Assembly (NCBI GenBank): GCA_036743375.1
Contig: DAINPP010000002.1
Span: 74,757-138,756, forward strand
DNA length: 64,000 nucleotides
Direction: 5' to 3'
Origin: Thermotogota bacterium
GTDB lineage: Bacteria > Thermotogota > Thermotogae > MWEM01
Position 1 is the stretch's first letter. The number at the start of each line of letters is the position of its first letter. Positions 38,267-48,196 of the stretch are shown here, one piece after another. Under the pieces are notes generated by a model. The model was not told the DNA's origin and made no database searches. It saw nothing but the letters and a program-made list of their open reading frames with translations. A program made the translations under genes and the position numbers.

Positions 38267-38341
38267 GCGGTTCAGAAAAATGGCCATGTCCGTTGAAGAA
38301 CAGACATGGCCATTGTGGAACGGAGAGTGATGACCTTTGAT

Positions 38342-39184
38342 TTATTCAGCGTATTCGATGAAGATCTTTGACAGAATTTCCTTCTGTCCCCTGTCTTTGA
38401 AACTGTGATCAAGATCCAGTTCGAATCCCGTCGTACCGGAATTCTGATGAACCTGGAACTGTATTCTGTTGACGTAAGTCATGATATCCATTTTCCCGAA
38501 CACCCCGTCATTCACCTGGATATCGGTGACATCGTCAAAGTATTCGAGTATTGGTTCTGATTCGGGTGTTACCTCTCTTGTAATTTCTTCCCCCCTTGAA
38601 ATAAAAGTGATCGACGTGTTGTTCATAGTGGGCAGGATGTAATAAAGGCCATTCACAAAGATATACAAACCCTTTTCACCAAAATAGAAAGCGGCTTCCA
38701 TGAAAAGTGGCTCATCTCCGCCGACCGGTCTGAGCAATCTGTATGAACCCCCTTCGAAGCGAACCTTAAAGTAATCCCCTTTTGTCTCCACATCGCTCTG
38801 CGCATTGTCACTCTGTATGGAAATCTTTTCGATGTGATGTTCTGTCGGATCAAGTACCGGATAGAGGAAAGGTGCCGTGTTCCAGAAGAATCCACTTTCC
38901 ATCCTAACACCGTTGATAATCGGTGTGATACCCATGTAATGTTTGTCATCCGAGATGTTGTCGCAATCTATCTCAAACACATACTCGGGATGTGCCGGGT
39001 GATAGAAGGTGATGGCATATTCTTCCATATCGATATCGAACACCCATTCGGATGTTGCATCTTTCTGAAAGCTGATGGCCGGAAGCTGTGGTGCTGCGGC
39101 AGACTCTTCGGCAAAGGCTGCTGCGGAAATAAATGTCAAAAACAAAACGCTCAGAAGTATGATCCTCTTCAGATTTTTTTTCAT
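38342..39184 (-). CDS. Secreted hypothetical protein (280 aa)
   Basis: Signal peptide MKKNLKRIILLSVLFLTFISAAAFA. GGGAGGAACAA SD. No family recognised. Confidence 0.6.
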   Translation of the reverse strand: MKKNLKRIILLSVLFLTFISAAAFAEESAAAPQLPAISFQKDATSEWVFDIDMEEYAITFYHPAHPEYVFEIDCDNISDDKHYMGITPIINGVRMESGFFWNTAPFLYPVLDPTEHHIEKISIQSDNAQSDVETKGDYFKVRFEGGSYRLLRPVGGDEPLFMEAAFYFGEKGLYIFVNGLYYILPTMNNTSITFISRGEEITREVTPESEPILEYFDDVTDIQVNDGVFGKMDIMTYVNRIQFQVHQNSGTTGFELDLDHSFKDRGQKEILSKIFIEYAE

Positions 39185-39361
39185 CGTTGTTCCTCCCTTG
39201 AATAAAATATCACTGCATTGAATCTAAGATAGTTTTATTCAGGGGATATGAAAGAATATATTCCCAAGCAGATATTTCTCATAGACAAGCTATTATGAAT
39301 CGTTAGTTTCTTGTGATATCTTTACAATTGATCGGGTGTTTGCGAAAAGGCGTTTAAATGC

Positions 39362-39778
39362 TCAGTAACCGAGAATAAACTCGATAAAGTACCCGTTCCG
39401 GTAGACGATAAAAGTAATCACAGCCGCCGGACTCCCGATTCCCGAGACCACACTCATGAAATACTGCTCCGAGCTGATGGCAAAATCCCGGAATTCGGAC
39501 AGATTATAGACATAGTTACCTGAAATATTCATCACTGTATTGTTCTCGATACCGGGAGCATAGATCGCCGTATAGCAAGCTGCGATGATCAGATCACCGG
39601 TCTGCAGAAAACGGCTGGCAACTGAATTCGGATAGATGTACGTCACCTGCATCGCCCGGTAAAACCCAGAAAGATTGACATTGACATATTTGGCCTGTAT
39701 GCCAAGTGTATAGGAAAAGGCCGTTGCACAGATCAAAACCACTGTTAGTAGAAGGATTAATTTTTTCATACCGTTCAC
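39362..39778 (-). CDS. Secreted hypothetical protein (138 aa)
   Basis: Signal peptide MNGMKKLILLLTVVLICATAFS. AGGAGG SD upstream. Confidence 0.55.
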   Translation of the reverse strand: MNGMKKLILLLTVVLICATAFSYTLGIQAKYVNVNLSGFYRAMQVTYIYPNSVASRFLQTGDLIIAACYTAIYAPGIENNTVMNISGNYVYNLSEFRDFAISSEQYFMSVVSGIGSPAAVITFIVYRNGYFIEFILGY

Positions 39779-39901
39779 CTCCTGATGAATTATCCCGTAA
39801 AACAGCCTATAAGAAGGCGCTTCAGACTACGGAATGTCTTATGTTGTTCTTTGTCATGATACTTATTAAGACGCAGAAGGGTTTCTTTCTCTTTGAGTAA
39901 G

Positions 39902-39934
39902 AAAACGGCAGGTCTTTGAAAGACCTGCCGTTTT
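39902..39934. terminator. Terminator downstream of the marR-ABC-ABC operon (minus strand); palindromic with A/T arms
   Basis: aaaacggcaggtctt-tga-aagacctgccgtttt. Confidence 0.75.
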
Positions 39935-39958
39935 GTATTGAAAAGATCTGTTTTTATG

Positions 39959-41833
39959 CTATTCCGTTTCTACAAAATCCTCTTCAAACTGACTCTTGTA
40001 AAGATCCGCATAGAATCCGCCCTTCTCGAGGAGTTCTTCGTGATTTCCCTGTTCGACGATGTCCCCTTCATTCATGACGAGGATGAGATCGGCATCTCTG
40101 ATCGTGGAAAGTCTGTGTGCGATGACGAAACTGGTTCGATTCTTCATGAGGTTGTTCATGGCTCGCTGAATTTGAACTTCCGTTCTCGTATCAACGGAAC
40201 TCGTCGCTTCATCGAGGATGAGTACCTTCGGATCCGCCAGAATGGCCCTGGCAATGGTTACAAGCTGTTTCTGACCCTGTGAGATATTCGTCTGCTCCTC
40301 GTTGAGAACGAGATTGTATCCATCCGGTAGCGCATGAACAAATGAGTCAACATGGGCGGCCCTGGCAGCCGCAAGAACTTCCTCATCCGTCGCATTGAGT
40401 CGGCCGTATTTGATGTTATCCCAGATGCTGCCGTTATAAAGCCAGGTATCCTGAAGTACCATGCCAAAGTTTTCCCTCAGGTCATATCTTGTGAAATCTT
40501 TGATATCATGTCCGTCAAGCAGGATCTGACCGGAATTGACATCGTAGAATCTCATCAACAGTTTAACAATCGTCGTTTTACCGGCACCGGTCGGCCCAAC
40601 GATGGCGATGTTGTGGCCTTTTTCCACTTCACAGGAGAAATTCTTGATGATGATCTTTTCAGGATCATAGCCGAATCGAACGTTTTTGAATTCGACATGA
40701 CCTTCATGCTGAACCCCCTTGATCGGATTCGTGACTTCTGCGATTTCCTCATCTTCCTCGAGGAATTCAAAGACCCTTTCAGCCGCCGCAGCCGTCTGCT
40801 GGAAGACATTCATGATATTTGCTATCTGTGCGATAGGCTGTGTGAACGATCTGACATACTGTATGAAGGCCTGAATGTCTCCAACCGTGATCATACTTCT
40901 GACGGCAAACCAGCCGCCCATGATCGTGATCAGCACGTAGCCGAGGTTTCCGACAAACATCATGATCGGGTGCATCATACCCGAAAGGAACTGGGATTTC
41001 CAGGCAGAATCGTAGAGTTCATCGTTGAATTTGTCAAAGGTTCTGATGCTGTCTTCTTCCCCGTTGAATGCCTTCACGACGATATGTCCGCCATACATCT
41101 CCTCCACATGTCCGTTGACCTTCCCGAGATAACTCTGCTGTTTCTTGAAGTATTTCTGCGAGGCCTTTACCACAACGGCAATCAATCCCGTAGAAACCGG
41201 CAGGATGAGCAGGGCGATCAATGTAAGTTGCCAGCTGATGGAGAACATCATGATCATGACACCCACAACGGTGGTAATCGATGTGATGATCTGTGTGAGA
41301 CTCTGATTGAGTGTTCGGCTGATGGTGTCGACATCATTGGTGACTCTTGACAGCACATCGCCCTGAGAGGTCTTATCAAAATATTTTAAAGGAAGTCTGT
41401 TGATCTTCTCAGAGATCTCCCTTCTGAATTTATAGGTGATCTTTGCCGAAACACCTGACATGATCCAACCCTGAATATAGGTGAACAGAGCACTTAATAC
41501 GTATAAACCGAGCAGAAACATCATAGTCTTTGCGATTGATTCAAAGTTAATACCTTCACCGGTTCCCCTGACCTTATTCATGATTCCTTCAAAGACTTCC
41601 GTGGTAACATTTCCGAGTATCTTTGGGCCGATGATGGAAAAAACAGCCCCAGCTGCGGCAAACAGGAAGACTATCAGAATGAGTACCTGATATTTTTTCA
41701 TGTACTGTACCAGTTTTTTTACCGTTCCAGTAAAATTCTTGGCCTTTTCTCCACCATGCATCACTCCGGGACCGCCCATGGGACCGCCGTGGTTCTGTTG
41801 CATTTTTCTATCCTTGTTGTTATTTTCACTCAT
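39959..41833 (-). CDS. ABC exporter, fused permease and ATPase (MDR-type half transporter, subunit B), with a Gly/Pro/Met/His-rich N-terminal tail
   Basis: 6-TM domain then an NBD with Walker A GPTGAGKTT, signature LSGGQKQ, Walker B ILILDEATS. The ATG at 41833 overlaps the upstream stop (ATGA). The ORF track gives a longer frame from 41887. Confidence 0.8.
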   Translation of the reverse strand: MSENNNKDRKMQQNHGGPMGGPGVMHGGEKAKNFTGTVKKLVQYMKKYQVLILIVFLFAAAGAVFSIIGPKILGNVTTEVFEGIMNKVRGTGEGINFESIAKTMMFLLGLYVLSALFTYIQGWIMSGVSAKITYKFRREISEKINRLPLKYFDKTSQGDVLSRVTNDVDTISRTLNQSLTQIITSITTVVGVMIMMFSISWQLTLIALLILPVSTGLIAVVVKASQKYFKKQQSYLGKVNGHVEEMYGGHIVVKAFNGEEDSIRTFDKFNDELYDSAWKSQFLSGMMHPIMMFVGNLGYVLITIMGGWFAVRSMITVGDIQAFIQYVRSFTQPIAQIANIMNVFQQTAAAAERVFEFLEEDEEIAEVTNPIKGVQHEGHVEFKNVRFGYDPEKIIIKNFSCEVEKGHNIAIVGPTGAGKTTIVKLLMRFYDVNSGQILLDGHDIKDFTRYDLRENFGMVLQDTWLYNGSIWDNIKYGRLNATDEEVLAAARAAHVDSFVHALPDGYNLVLNEEQTNISQGQKQLVTIARAILADPKVLILDEATSSVDTRTEVQIQRAMNNLMKNRTSFVIAHRLSTIRDADLILVMNEGDIVEQGNHEELLEKGGFYADLYKSQFEEDFVETE

Positions 41834-44055
41834 GCCAGTTCCTCCTCTGAAAGCTGTGACAGAGCAATTTCCTTGTACGTCTGACAACTCTTCATCAGCT
41901 CATTGTGTTTGCCAGTACCGACAATATTTCCCTCATCAAGAACGAGTATCTGATCGGCGTTCTTTATCGTTGCAATCCTCTGACCGACAATGATCATCGT
42001 GCTGTCGCCGGTTTCCTTTTTCAGTTTTCTTCGGAGTGCGGCATCTGTTTTGAAATCAAGTGCTGAAAAACTGTCATCGAACAGATAAATCTGAGGCTTT
42101 TTCAGCAGGGCTCTCGCGATGGACAGTCGCTGTTTCTGTCCACCGGATACGTTCGTTCCACCCTGTGATATGGCCGACTCGTATCCTTCATCCTTCGAAT
42201 CTATGAATTCAACGGCCTGTGCGATTTCCGCAGCCTTTTCCATCTCCGCCTGTGTGGCATTTTCATCCGCATATTTCAGATTCGATTCGATTGTCCCGCT
42301 GAAAAGTATCCCCTTTTGTGGTACATACCCTATTCGATCTCTCAGATCATGCTGATTGACATCACGGATATCGATATCGTCTATGAGAATCTGTCCGCCA
42401 CACACATCGTAAAATCTGGGGATCATATTTAACAAGGTGGATTTTCCCGAGCCGGTCGAACCGATAATGGCCGTTGTCTGCCCTGGCATTGCCGTAAAGT
42501 TGATCTTGTTGAGGATATTTTCCTCAGCTCCCGGAAATTTGTAACAGACGTCTTTAAATTCAATCTTTCCCTTGAAGGTCTTCGGAAATACCTTGGGATT
42601 CTCAGGATCTTTGATCTGTGGTTTAACTTTTAGTATCTCGGAGACACGCACACCGGAGACCGAGGCCCTCGGAATCATGATGAACATCATCGTCAGCATG
42701 ATAAAGGAGAAGATGATCTGCATCGCATACTGGATATAAGCCATCATATCTCCAACCTGCATACCGGATGACTCTATCTGATGGGCACCCACCCAGACGA
42801 TCAGCAGCATGACACCGTTCATGACAAACATGATGACGGGCATCATCGAGACCATGACACGGTTGACAAAGAGGTTAGTGTTTGTAACATCCTTGTTTGC
42901 GCCTTCAAACCGTTCCTCTTCAAATTCCTGAGTGTTAAAGGCTCTGACAACCATCAGACCGGAAAGGTTCTCCCTTGTGACCAGATTCAAACGATCGATC
43001 AGCTTCTGAATCTTCTTGAATTTAGGCAGGGCAATCGTAAAGACTATTCCGACGAGACCGAGAATGACGATAACGGCGAGCGCGATGATCCAGGACATGG
43101 ATACGCTCTTTTCAAGTGCCTTGATTACACCACCAACACCTATTATTGGTGCATAGAACACCATTCGGATGATCATGACGACGACAAGCTGTATCTGAGT
43201 AATATCGTTGGTGGTTCGTGTGATGAGTGAGGCCGTTGAGAACTGGGCAAACTCCGTATTTGAAAAGTTTTCCACCTTTCTGAAGACATCTCTTCTCAGC
43301 GTTCTGGCCGAGGCGGCGGCTATCTTTGAGGCGATAAAGGCGACGAGAACCGTACAAAGTGTACTTAGAAGCGTTACAAGGACCATACGGAATCCTGCCC
43401 AGAGTATATAATCACTCTGCATTTTTGAGGTATCCATTCCAAGTTCGACATATTCCTCTTTGATGGCAAGGGTAGCCGCCTGATTAACCGTACTTTCACC
43501 CATCACTTCTACCATTGCATCAATCTGGCCGAGCATCTCAAGCCGCTGGGCCTCAGGGATGAACTGCATCAACTTGAAGATATCAGTCCCTTCGGGTATG
43601 GTAATCCCATTCGGCATGGAAAAATTTTCATTTCCCTCGGCTCCGCCGTTCTTGATCCCGGAATACGCCATCAAGGCCTTGCCAAGAGTCAGTCTGATGT
43701 CCGCCTTATCCGTAATCTCCCCTGATTTGAGAACATAAACCGCCTGATCTTCAAGTGCGGGGTATCGTTTCAGATTTTCCTCATAGGATGCGGAATTTTC
43801 ATCCACAAGGGTATAGAGACTTAAGATCTTTTCCTTATCTTCGCGGCTCATAAACAATGAGACCTTGTCAAATGTTTCCCGGCTGATCGCCTCAGGGATC
43901 GCCTCTTCGATTCCACCCTGCTGAATACCCACATTTACAATATCCGACATATAATCGGGCAGGGCCAGTTCACTCATAGCCTGAACAAAGAGCAAGGCAA
44001 TCGCAACAACGATGAAGACCGTATACGGCTTTAAGTATCTTATCAGTTTAAACAT
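41830..44055 (-). CDS. ABC exporter, fused permease and ATPase (subunit A), with a roughly 200-aa extracytoplasmic insertion between TM1 and TM2
   Basis: Walker A GSTGSGKST, signature VSGGQKQRLSIARA, Walker B YLFDDSFSALD. A long hydrophilic loop follows TM1. Confidence 0.8.
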   Translation of the reverse strand: MFKLIRYLKPYTVFIVVAIALLFVQAMSELALPDYMSDIVNVGIQQGGIEEAIPEAISRETFDKVSLFMSREDKEKILSLYTLVDENSASYEENLKRYPALEDQAVYVLKSGEITDKADIRLTLGKALMAYSGIKNGGAEGNENFSMPNGITIPEGTDIFKLMQFIPEAQRLEMLGQIDAMVEVMGESTVNQAATLAIKEEYVELGMDTSKMQSDYILWAGFRMVLVTLLSTLCTVLVAFIASKIAAASARTLRRDVFRKVENFSNTEFAQFSTASLITRTTNDITQIQLVVVMIIRMVFYAPIIGVGGVIKALEKSVSMSWIIALAVIVILGLVGIVFTIALPKFKKIQKLIDRLNLVTRENLSGLMVVRAFNTQEFEEERFEGANKDVTNTNLFVNRVMVSMMPVIMFVMNGVMLLIVWVGAHQIESSGMQVGDMMAYIQYAMQIIFSFIMLTMMFIMIPRASVSGVRVSEILKVKPQIKDPENPKVFPKTFKGKIEFKDVCYKFPGAEENILNKINFTAMPGQTTAIIGSTGSGKSTLLNMIPRFYDVCGGQILIDDIDIRDVNQHDLRDRIGYVPQKGILFSGTIESNLKYADENATQAEMEKAAEIAQAVEFIDSKDEGYESAISQGGTNVSGGQKQRLSIARALLKKPQIYLFDDSFSALDFKTDAALRRKLKKETGDSTMIIVGQRIATIKNADQILVLDEGNIVGTGKHNELMKSCQTYKEIALSQLSEEELA

Positions 44056-44525
44056 TCTTTTTCTCCTTCTTTTTCATATTTTTGTGCCTCTTCCAATATT
44101 GCCTTCAATTTTTTTAGTGCCGTTAAAATAAAATCAATATCTTTTTCAGTTCCGATGGTCATTACACTTTCCATCTTTTTTTTGAGAAGGTCAAAGTGCA
44201 GCTTGAAATCCCTGCGATGTTCCTCGGTGAGACTTATCATCACAATCCGTCTGTCCTCTTCACTTCTCTTTCTCTCAACAACCCCTTTTTTCACGAGCCT
44301 TTCGATGATTCCCGAAACGGTACTGTTGGATAAGTCAAGTCTTTTACTGATATCACTGACTTTCATATCTCCATAATGCGCAAGGGTTCTTACGACAAGA
44401 CCCTGTGATTCGGTGAAGTCTATGGTTCTCATCTCTTTTTCCATACTCTGTCTAAATAAATGCATGATCTTTTTTGTCAATGCAATTATTTCCAGAGCCT
44501 TTTCGTTTTTATCCAAAACTATCAC
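44043..44525 (-). CDS. MarR-family transcriptional regulator
   Basis: Winged helix ESQGLVVRTLAHYGDMKVSDISKRLDLSNSTVSGIIERLVKKGVVERKRSEEDRR. It overlaps the start of the downstream ABC gene. Confidence 0.8.
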   Translation of the reverse strand: MIVLDKNEKALEIIALTKKIMHLFRQSMEKEMRTIDFTESQGLVVRTLAHYGDMKVSDISKRLDLSNSTVSGIIERLVKKGVVERKRSEEDRRIVMISLTEEHRRDFKLHFDLLKKKMESVMTIGTEKDIDFILTALKKLKAILEEAQKYEKEGEKECLN

Positions 44526-44604
44526 TCCCTATAAAAAGCGAACGGATACTAATAATTTCCCAACGAATATTCCCGACTAAAATAATTTCTGTCAGAATAT
44601 TTAG

Positions 44605-44623
44605 AATACAAAGCATATTGTAT
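44605..44623. promoter_or_regulatory. Candidate MarR operator: inverted repeat AATACAA-agcat-ATTGTAT in the marR/degV divergent region
   Basis: Imperfect 7-bp arms (TACAA/TTGTA core) about 80-100 bp upstream of the marR start. Confidence 0.25.
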
Positions 44624-44774
44624 CAGAACTTTTTTTCTTTGTCAATACTTCCATCAAGATGTATCCGTTCAGTACAAAAAGCAGATTTACGGAAGATAAA
44701 TTACCTTTATGAAGAAAGAAAATGAAATTTTCATGTATACTATTGAGAGACATTAATCGGGGAGGGAAGATAGC

Positions 44775-45644
44775 ATGATAGGGATAATAACGGATTCTGC
44801 AAGTGATACACCAGTAGAGTTGATAAGGAATGAAGGAATAGAAGTCGTACCTCTTAAGATTTTTCTTGGGGATAAAGAATATAAAGATGCAGTGGAAGCA
44901 ACGGAGGAAATGTGTCTTGACTATATGAAAACGGATTTTGCAAAGACGAGCGGGACGCCTTATCCTTTTGTCAGAGAGGGATTCGAAAGACTGATTGCAA
45001 AAGGGATCAGGGAGATTATCGCCATCAACGTTTCAAACAACATCAGCAACGGACACAGTGTGTTTAAGGTAGTTGCCGAGGAGCTGAAAAAAGTCTACGA
45101 AGATCTGAAAGTGGAGATCGTGGACACACTCAGTATTTCCATCGGATCGGGATTGCTGGTATGCAAGGCGGCTGAACTGAGAGCGGAGGGCTACACACTG
45201 GAAAAGATGGCAAATGTACTGCGAGCCTATGTCCCACAGGATCTCGATGTGTACTATGTGGTTCCGACACTGAAATACCTGAAGGCCGGGGGAAGAATCG
45301 GAAAGGTCAGTGGAACCATCGGCGAAGTACTTAATCTGAAACCGATCGTCATGGTCGGAAATGATGGAATTTATCATACGGCCGGGAAGGCAAGAGGGAT
45401 TAAAAAAACCGTTCAGAAGATGGAGGAGATCTTCCTGAAAGTCACCGAAGGTCGTGAAATCGAACAAGCGGCAATATATACCAGTGGTCCCACTGCGGAT
45501 ACGGAAACACATGTGAGACATCTACGGGAATTGATGAAAAGTAAAGGAATCCGGACTATTCTCGAAGGCAAGATTGTCCCCTCCATGCTCGTGCATGTCG
45601 GACCGGGGTTGATCGGAATAGCCTTCCGAATGAAACCCGCTTAA
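44775..45644 (+). CDS. DegV-family fatty-acid-binding protein
   Basis: MIGIITDSASD...EVVPLKI is the DegV N-terminus. 289 aa. GGGGAGGGAAG SD. Confidence 0.8.
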   Translation: MIGIITDSASDTPVELIRNEGIEVVPLKIFLGDKEYKDAVEATEEMCLDYMKTDFAKTSGTPYPFVREGFERLIAKGIREIIAINVSNNISNGHSVFKVVAEELKKVYEDLKVEIVDTLSISIGSGLLVCKAAELRAEGYTLEKMANVLRAYVPQDLDVYYVVPTLKYLKAGGRIGKVSGTIGEVLNLKPIVMVGNDGIYHTAGKARGIKKTVQKMEEIFLKVTEGREIEQAAIYTSGPTADTETHVRHLRELMKSKGIRTILEGKIVPSMLVHVGPGLIGIAFRMKPA

Positions 45645-45682
45645 TAATATCTACTGAAAGAAGTCTATAGAAGAACATCATG

Positions 45683-45709
45683 AAACCATCTCTCTGAGAT
45701 GGTTTTTTT
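45683..45709 (+). terminator. Intrinsic terminator after degV
   Basis: aaaccatctc-tct-gagatggttt, then ttttat. Confidence 0.7.
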
Positions 45710-45790
45710 ATATCTGGGACAAGAAATTTAACAGAAAGATAAAAATGCAAATTCTCCAGTATTTTTCAGAAAAAAGATGAATATGTCAGA

Positions 45791-45804
45791 TGAAAACGAT
45801 TCCA
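45791..45804 (+). promoter_or_regulatory. cre/LacI-family-type operator candidate TGAAAACGATTCCA upstream of the GH65-lacI-ABC operon promoter
   Basis: Fits TGNAANCGNWNNCA. It lies 17 bp upstream of a TTGTCA-N17-TACTAT promoter-like element. Confidence 0.35.
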
Positions 45805-45913
45805 TCGGTGATAATCCCGTTTGTCAACTTTCAAGGAAGATGTTACTATACAAATGAATGAAATAGTTTTCATAAGTATAATTACTATAAATAAAGACTT
45901 AGAGGGGTTTTTG

Positions 45914-48196
45914 ATGGAAAAATATATTATCAGGGAAGAATCGTTTAAATCGGAAAATCAGCCTTCAAAGGAGACGGTCTTTGCACTTGCAAACGGCTTT
46001 ATGGGGATTCGCGGATCGTTAGAAATGAATCCGGAGGCCACCCCCGGAACGTATATTTCCGGATGTTTTGATAGATCGGGATTATCGGTGACAGAACTGG
46101 TCAACCTTCCGAATCCGCTGTCTTACAAATTATTCATCATGAATAAAGAGGGACTGGAGGAATTATTGATCACGGAGGAAAATTGTGAGTGTTTTGAGGA
46201 ATTTATCGATCTTGAGAACAGGACCTTCAATTATTCCTACACCATTAAGAGTCAAAAAGGATTTGTATTCAGGATAAAATCCCAGAGGTTCATCAGCTGG
46301 GTAAACAGAAATCGATGGGCTTCAACGGTGGAGATCACCTCCGATGATTTTGAAGGCTACCTGTTTTTTGAGAACCGTATCGAGGCGGCCGTTTACAACA
46401 ATCAGTCGGTTCCGTTTGAGAAAATGAACCATTTCAGCGCCTTTGAACCGCTCAACTTTGGCGATTCCATAGGGCTGATTTCTACCTTGCGGGATACCGG
46501 AAGGAAGATTATCACGCTGAAATCTCTCGTGAAGGGGACGCTTGACTGCGAAAGGATCAGATACAGGATGGATGTGAGAAATCCCGTCGAACTGTTCAAG
46601 TTTGCTTTTAAGAAGGGTGAAATCTGTAGATTTGATCTGTGTGGTGTCGTTTACTATCAGAGAGAATCGGAAGATATCCGCTTTGAAGCGGAGGAATCAC
46701 TTAAGGATTTTGTCAAAGAGGGGTACGATTTTGAACTGACACAGCATTCCTACATTGTTGGAGAGAATCTGAAAATGACCGCTATAGACATCGAAGGGGA
46801 TGCTGAAGTTCAGCGGGCGCTGAACTGGAGTGTTTCGCAGTTAAATTCCGCCGCCTTCCTGATAGACAGCCTTTCTTCAATCGGTGCCAAGGGGCTTCAT
46901 GGGGAAGGCTACAAAGGGCATGCCTTCTGGGATACTGAAATATTCATGTTGCCTTTTTTCATCTATACCAATCCGGATATTGCCAAAAGGCTTCTCATGT
47001 ATAGATATAACACGCTTGAGGGTGCGAGGAAAAATGCCCTGCTGAGTGGTTATAAAGGGGCGAGATTCCCGTGGGAATCTGCCGAAGAGGGAAGGGAATC
47101 AACACCGAAATGGGGCGTTGACTACAACGGAAACAAGGTGAGAATCTGGACGGGAGATATCGAATATCATATCAGTTCGGATATAGCCCTTTCTATCTAT
47201 CATTATTACAGGGCCACCCTTGACAGGGAATTTGTTGTGGATTTCGGTGCGGAAATCGTACTGGAAACGGGTGTGTTCTGGGAAAGCAGACTGGAATACA
47301 ATGAGGAACACGACCGCTATGAGATCAACGCGGTTATCGGGCCGGATGAATTCCATGAACATGTGAACAACAATGTCTACACGAATTATCTCGCAAAATG
47401 GAACCTTGGCTATGCCGCCTCCGTCTTTGAGTGGCTGAAAAAAGAGGATGAACGAAAATTTGACGATCTGACCGGAAAGTTGAAGATCAATGAAAAAACT
47501 ATCTGTAAATGGCGGAACATTGCCCGGAAGATCTATATTCCAAGAGACAATCATAGCCGGATTATCGAACAATTTGAAGGCTATTTCAACCTGAAGGACT
47601 ACACGATCACCGAACATGATAAAAATGGACTGCCGCTTTGGCCCGAAGGTCTGGATCTCAATACCCTGAACGAGACGACGCTGATCAAACAGCCGGATCT
47701 GCTCATGCTCATGTATCTGATGCCGGAACAGTTTGAATTTGATGAGATAAAGGAAAACTACGACTTTTATGAACAGAGAACCATGCACAAATCATCACTG
47801 AGCCCCTGTATCCACTCGCTTTTGAGCATTTCTGTCCATGAGTACGAATACGCCTATGACTATTTTAAAAAGACACTCTTCACCGATCTTTCAGATAATC
47901 AGGGAAATACCGCGCTCGGGATTCATGCCGCTTCCACAGGTGGAGCCTGGCTTGCCGCCGTCATGGGATTCGGGAGATTCTTCATCGATTCCGAGGACAT
48001 CGTAAACTTCGATCCATGGCTTCCGGCCCATTGGGATTCACTGGCCTATTCTATCATCTGGCGCGGGAACAAACTGACTATAAAGATCACACAAGATAAA
48101 TTTACCTTAAGGTCTGAAGGGGATATTACCTTTAAACTCAGGGGAACTCTCTTCAGCGTCGAAAAGGGAACTGAGAAAGAATGTGATCTGAACTGA
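45914..48196 (+). CDS. Glycoside hydrolase family 65 disaccharide phosphorylase (maltose/kojibiose/trehalose phosphorylase type)
   Basis: ATG 6 nt after an AGAGGGG SD (the ORF track extends the frame to 45821). GH65 catalytic region GHAFWDTEIFMLPFF, with an (alpha/alpha)6 domain. Confidence 0.8.
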   Translation: MEKYIIREESFKSENQPSKETVFALANGFMGIRGSLEMNPEATPGTYISGCFDRSGLSVTELVNLPNPLSYKLFIMNKEGLEELLITEENCECFEEFIDLENRTFNYSYTIKSQKGFVFRIKSQRFISWVNRNRWASTVEITSDDFEGYLFFENRIEAAVYNNQSVPFEKMNHFSAFEPLNFGDSIGLISTLRDTGRKIITLKSLVKGTLDCERIRYRMDVRNPVELFKFAFKKGEICRFDLCGVVYYQRESEDIRFEAEESLKDFVKEGYDFELTQHSYIVGENLKMTAIDIEGDAEVQRALNWSVSQLNSAAFLIDSLSSIGAKGLHGEGYKGHAFWDTEIFMLPFFIYTNPDIAKRLLMYRYNTLEGARKNALLSGYKGARFPWESAEEGRESTPKWGVDYNGNKVRIWTGDIEYHISSDIALSIYHYYRATLDREFVVDFGAEIVLETGVFWESRLEYNEEHDRYEINAVIGPDEFHEHVNNNVYTNYLAKWNLGYAASVFEWLKKEDERKFDDLTGKLKINEKTICKWRNIARKIYIPRDNHSRIIEQFEGYFNLKDYTITEHDKNGLPLWPEGLDLNTLNETTLIKQPDLLMLMYLMPEQFEFDEIKENYDFYEQRTMHKSSLSPCIHSLLSISVHEYEYAYDYFKKTLFTDLSDNQGNTALGIHAASTGGAWLAAVMGFGRFFIDSEDIVNFDPWLPAHWDSLAYSIIWRGNKLTIKITQDKFTLRSEGDITFKLRGTLFSVEKGTEKECDLN

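Noticed and set aside
45821-45913. N-terminal extension of the GH65 ORF (MSTFKEDVTIQMNEIVFISIITINKDLEGFL).
   Set aside because: The ATG at 45914 has a well-spaced AGAGGGG SD and begins where GH65 homology starts. The extension would run through the promoter-like region.
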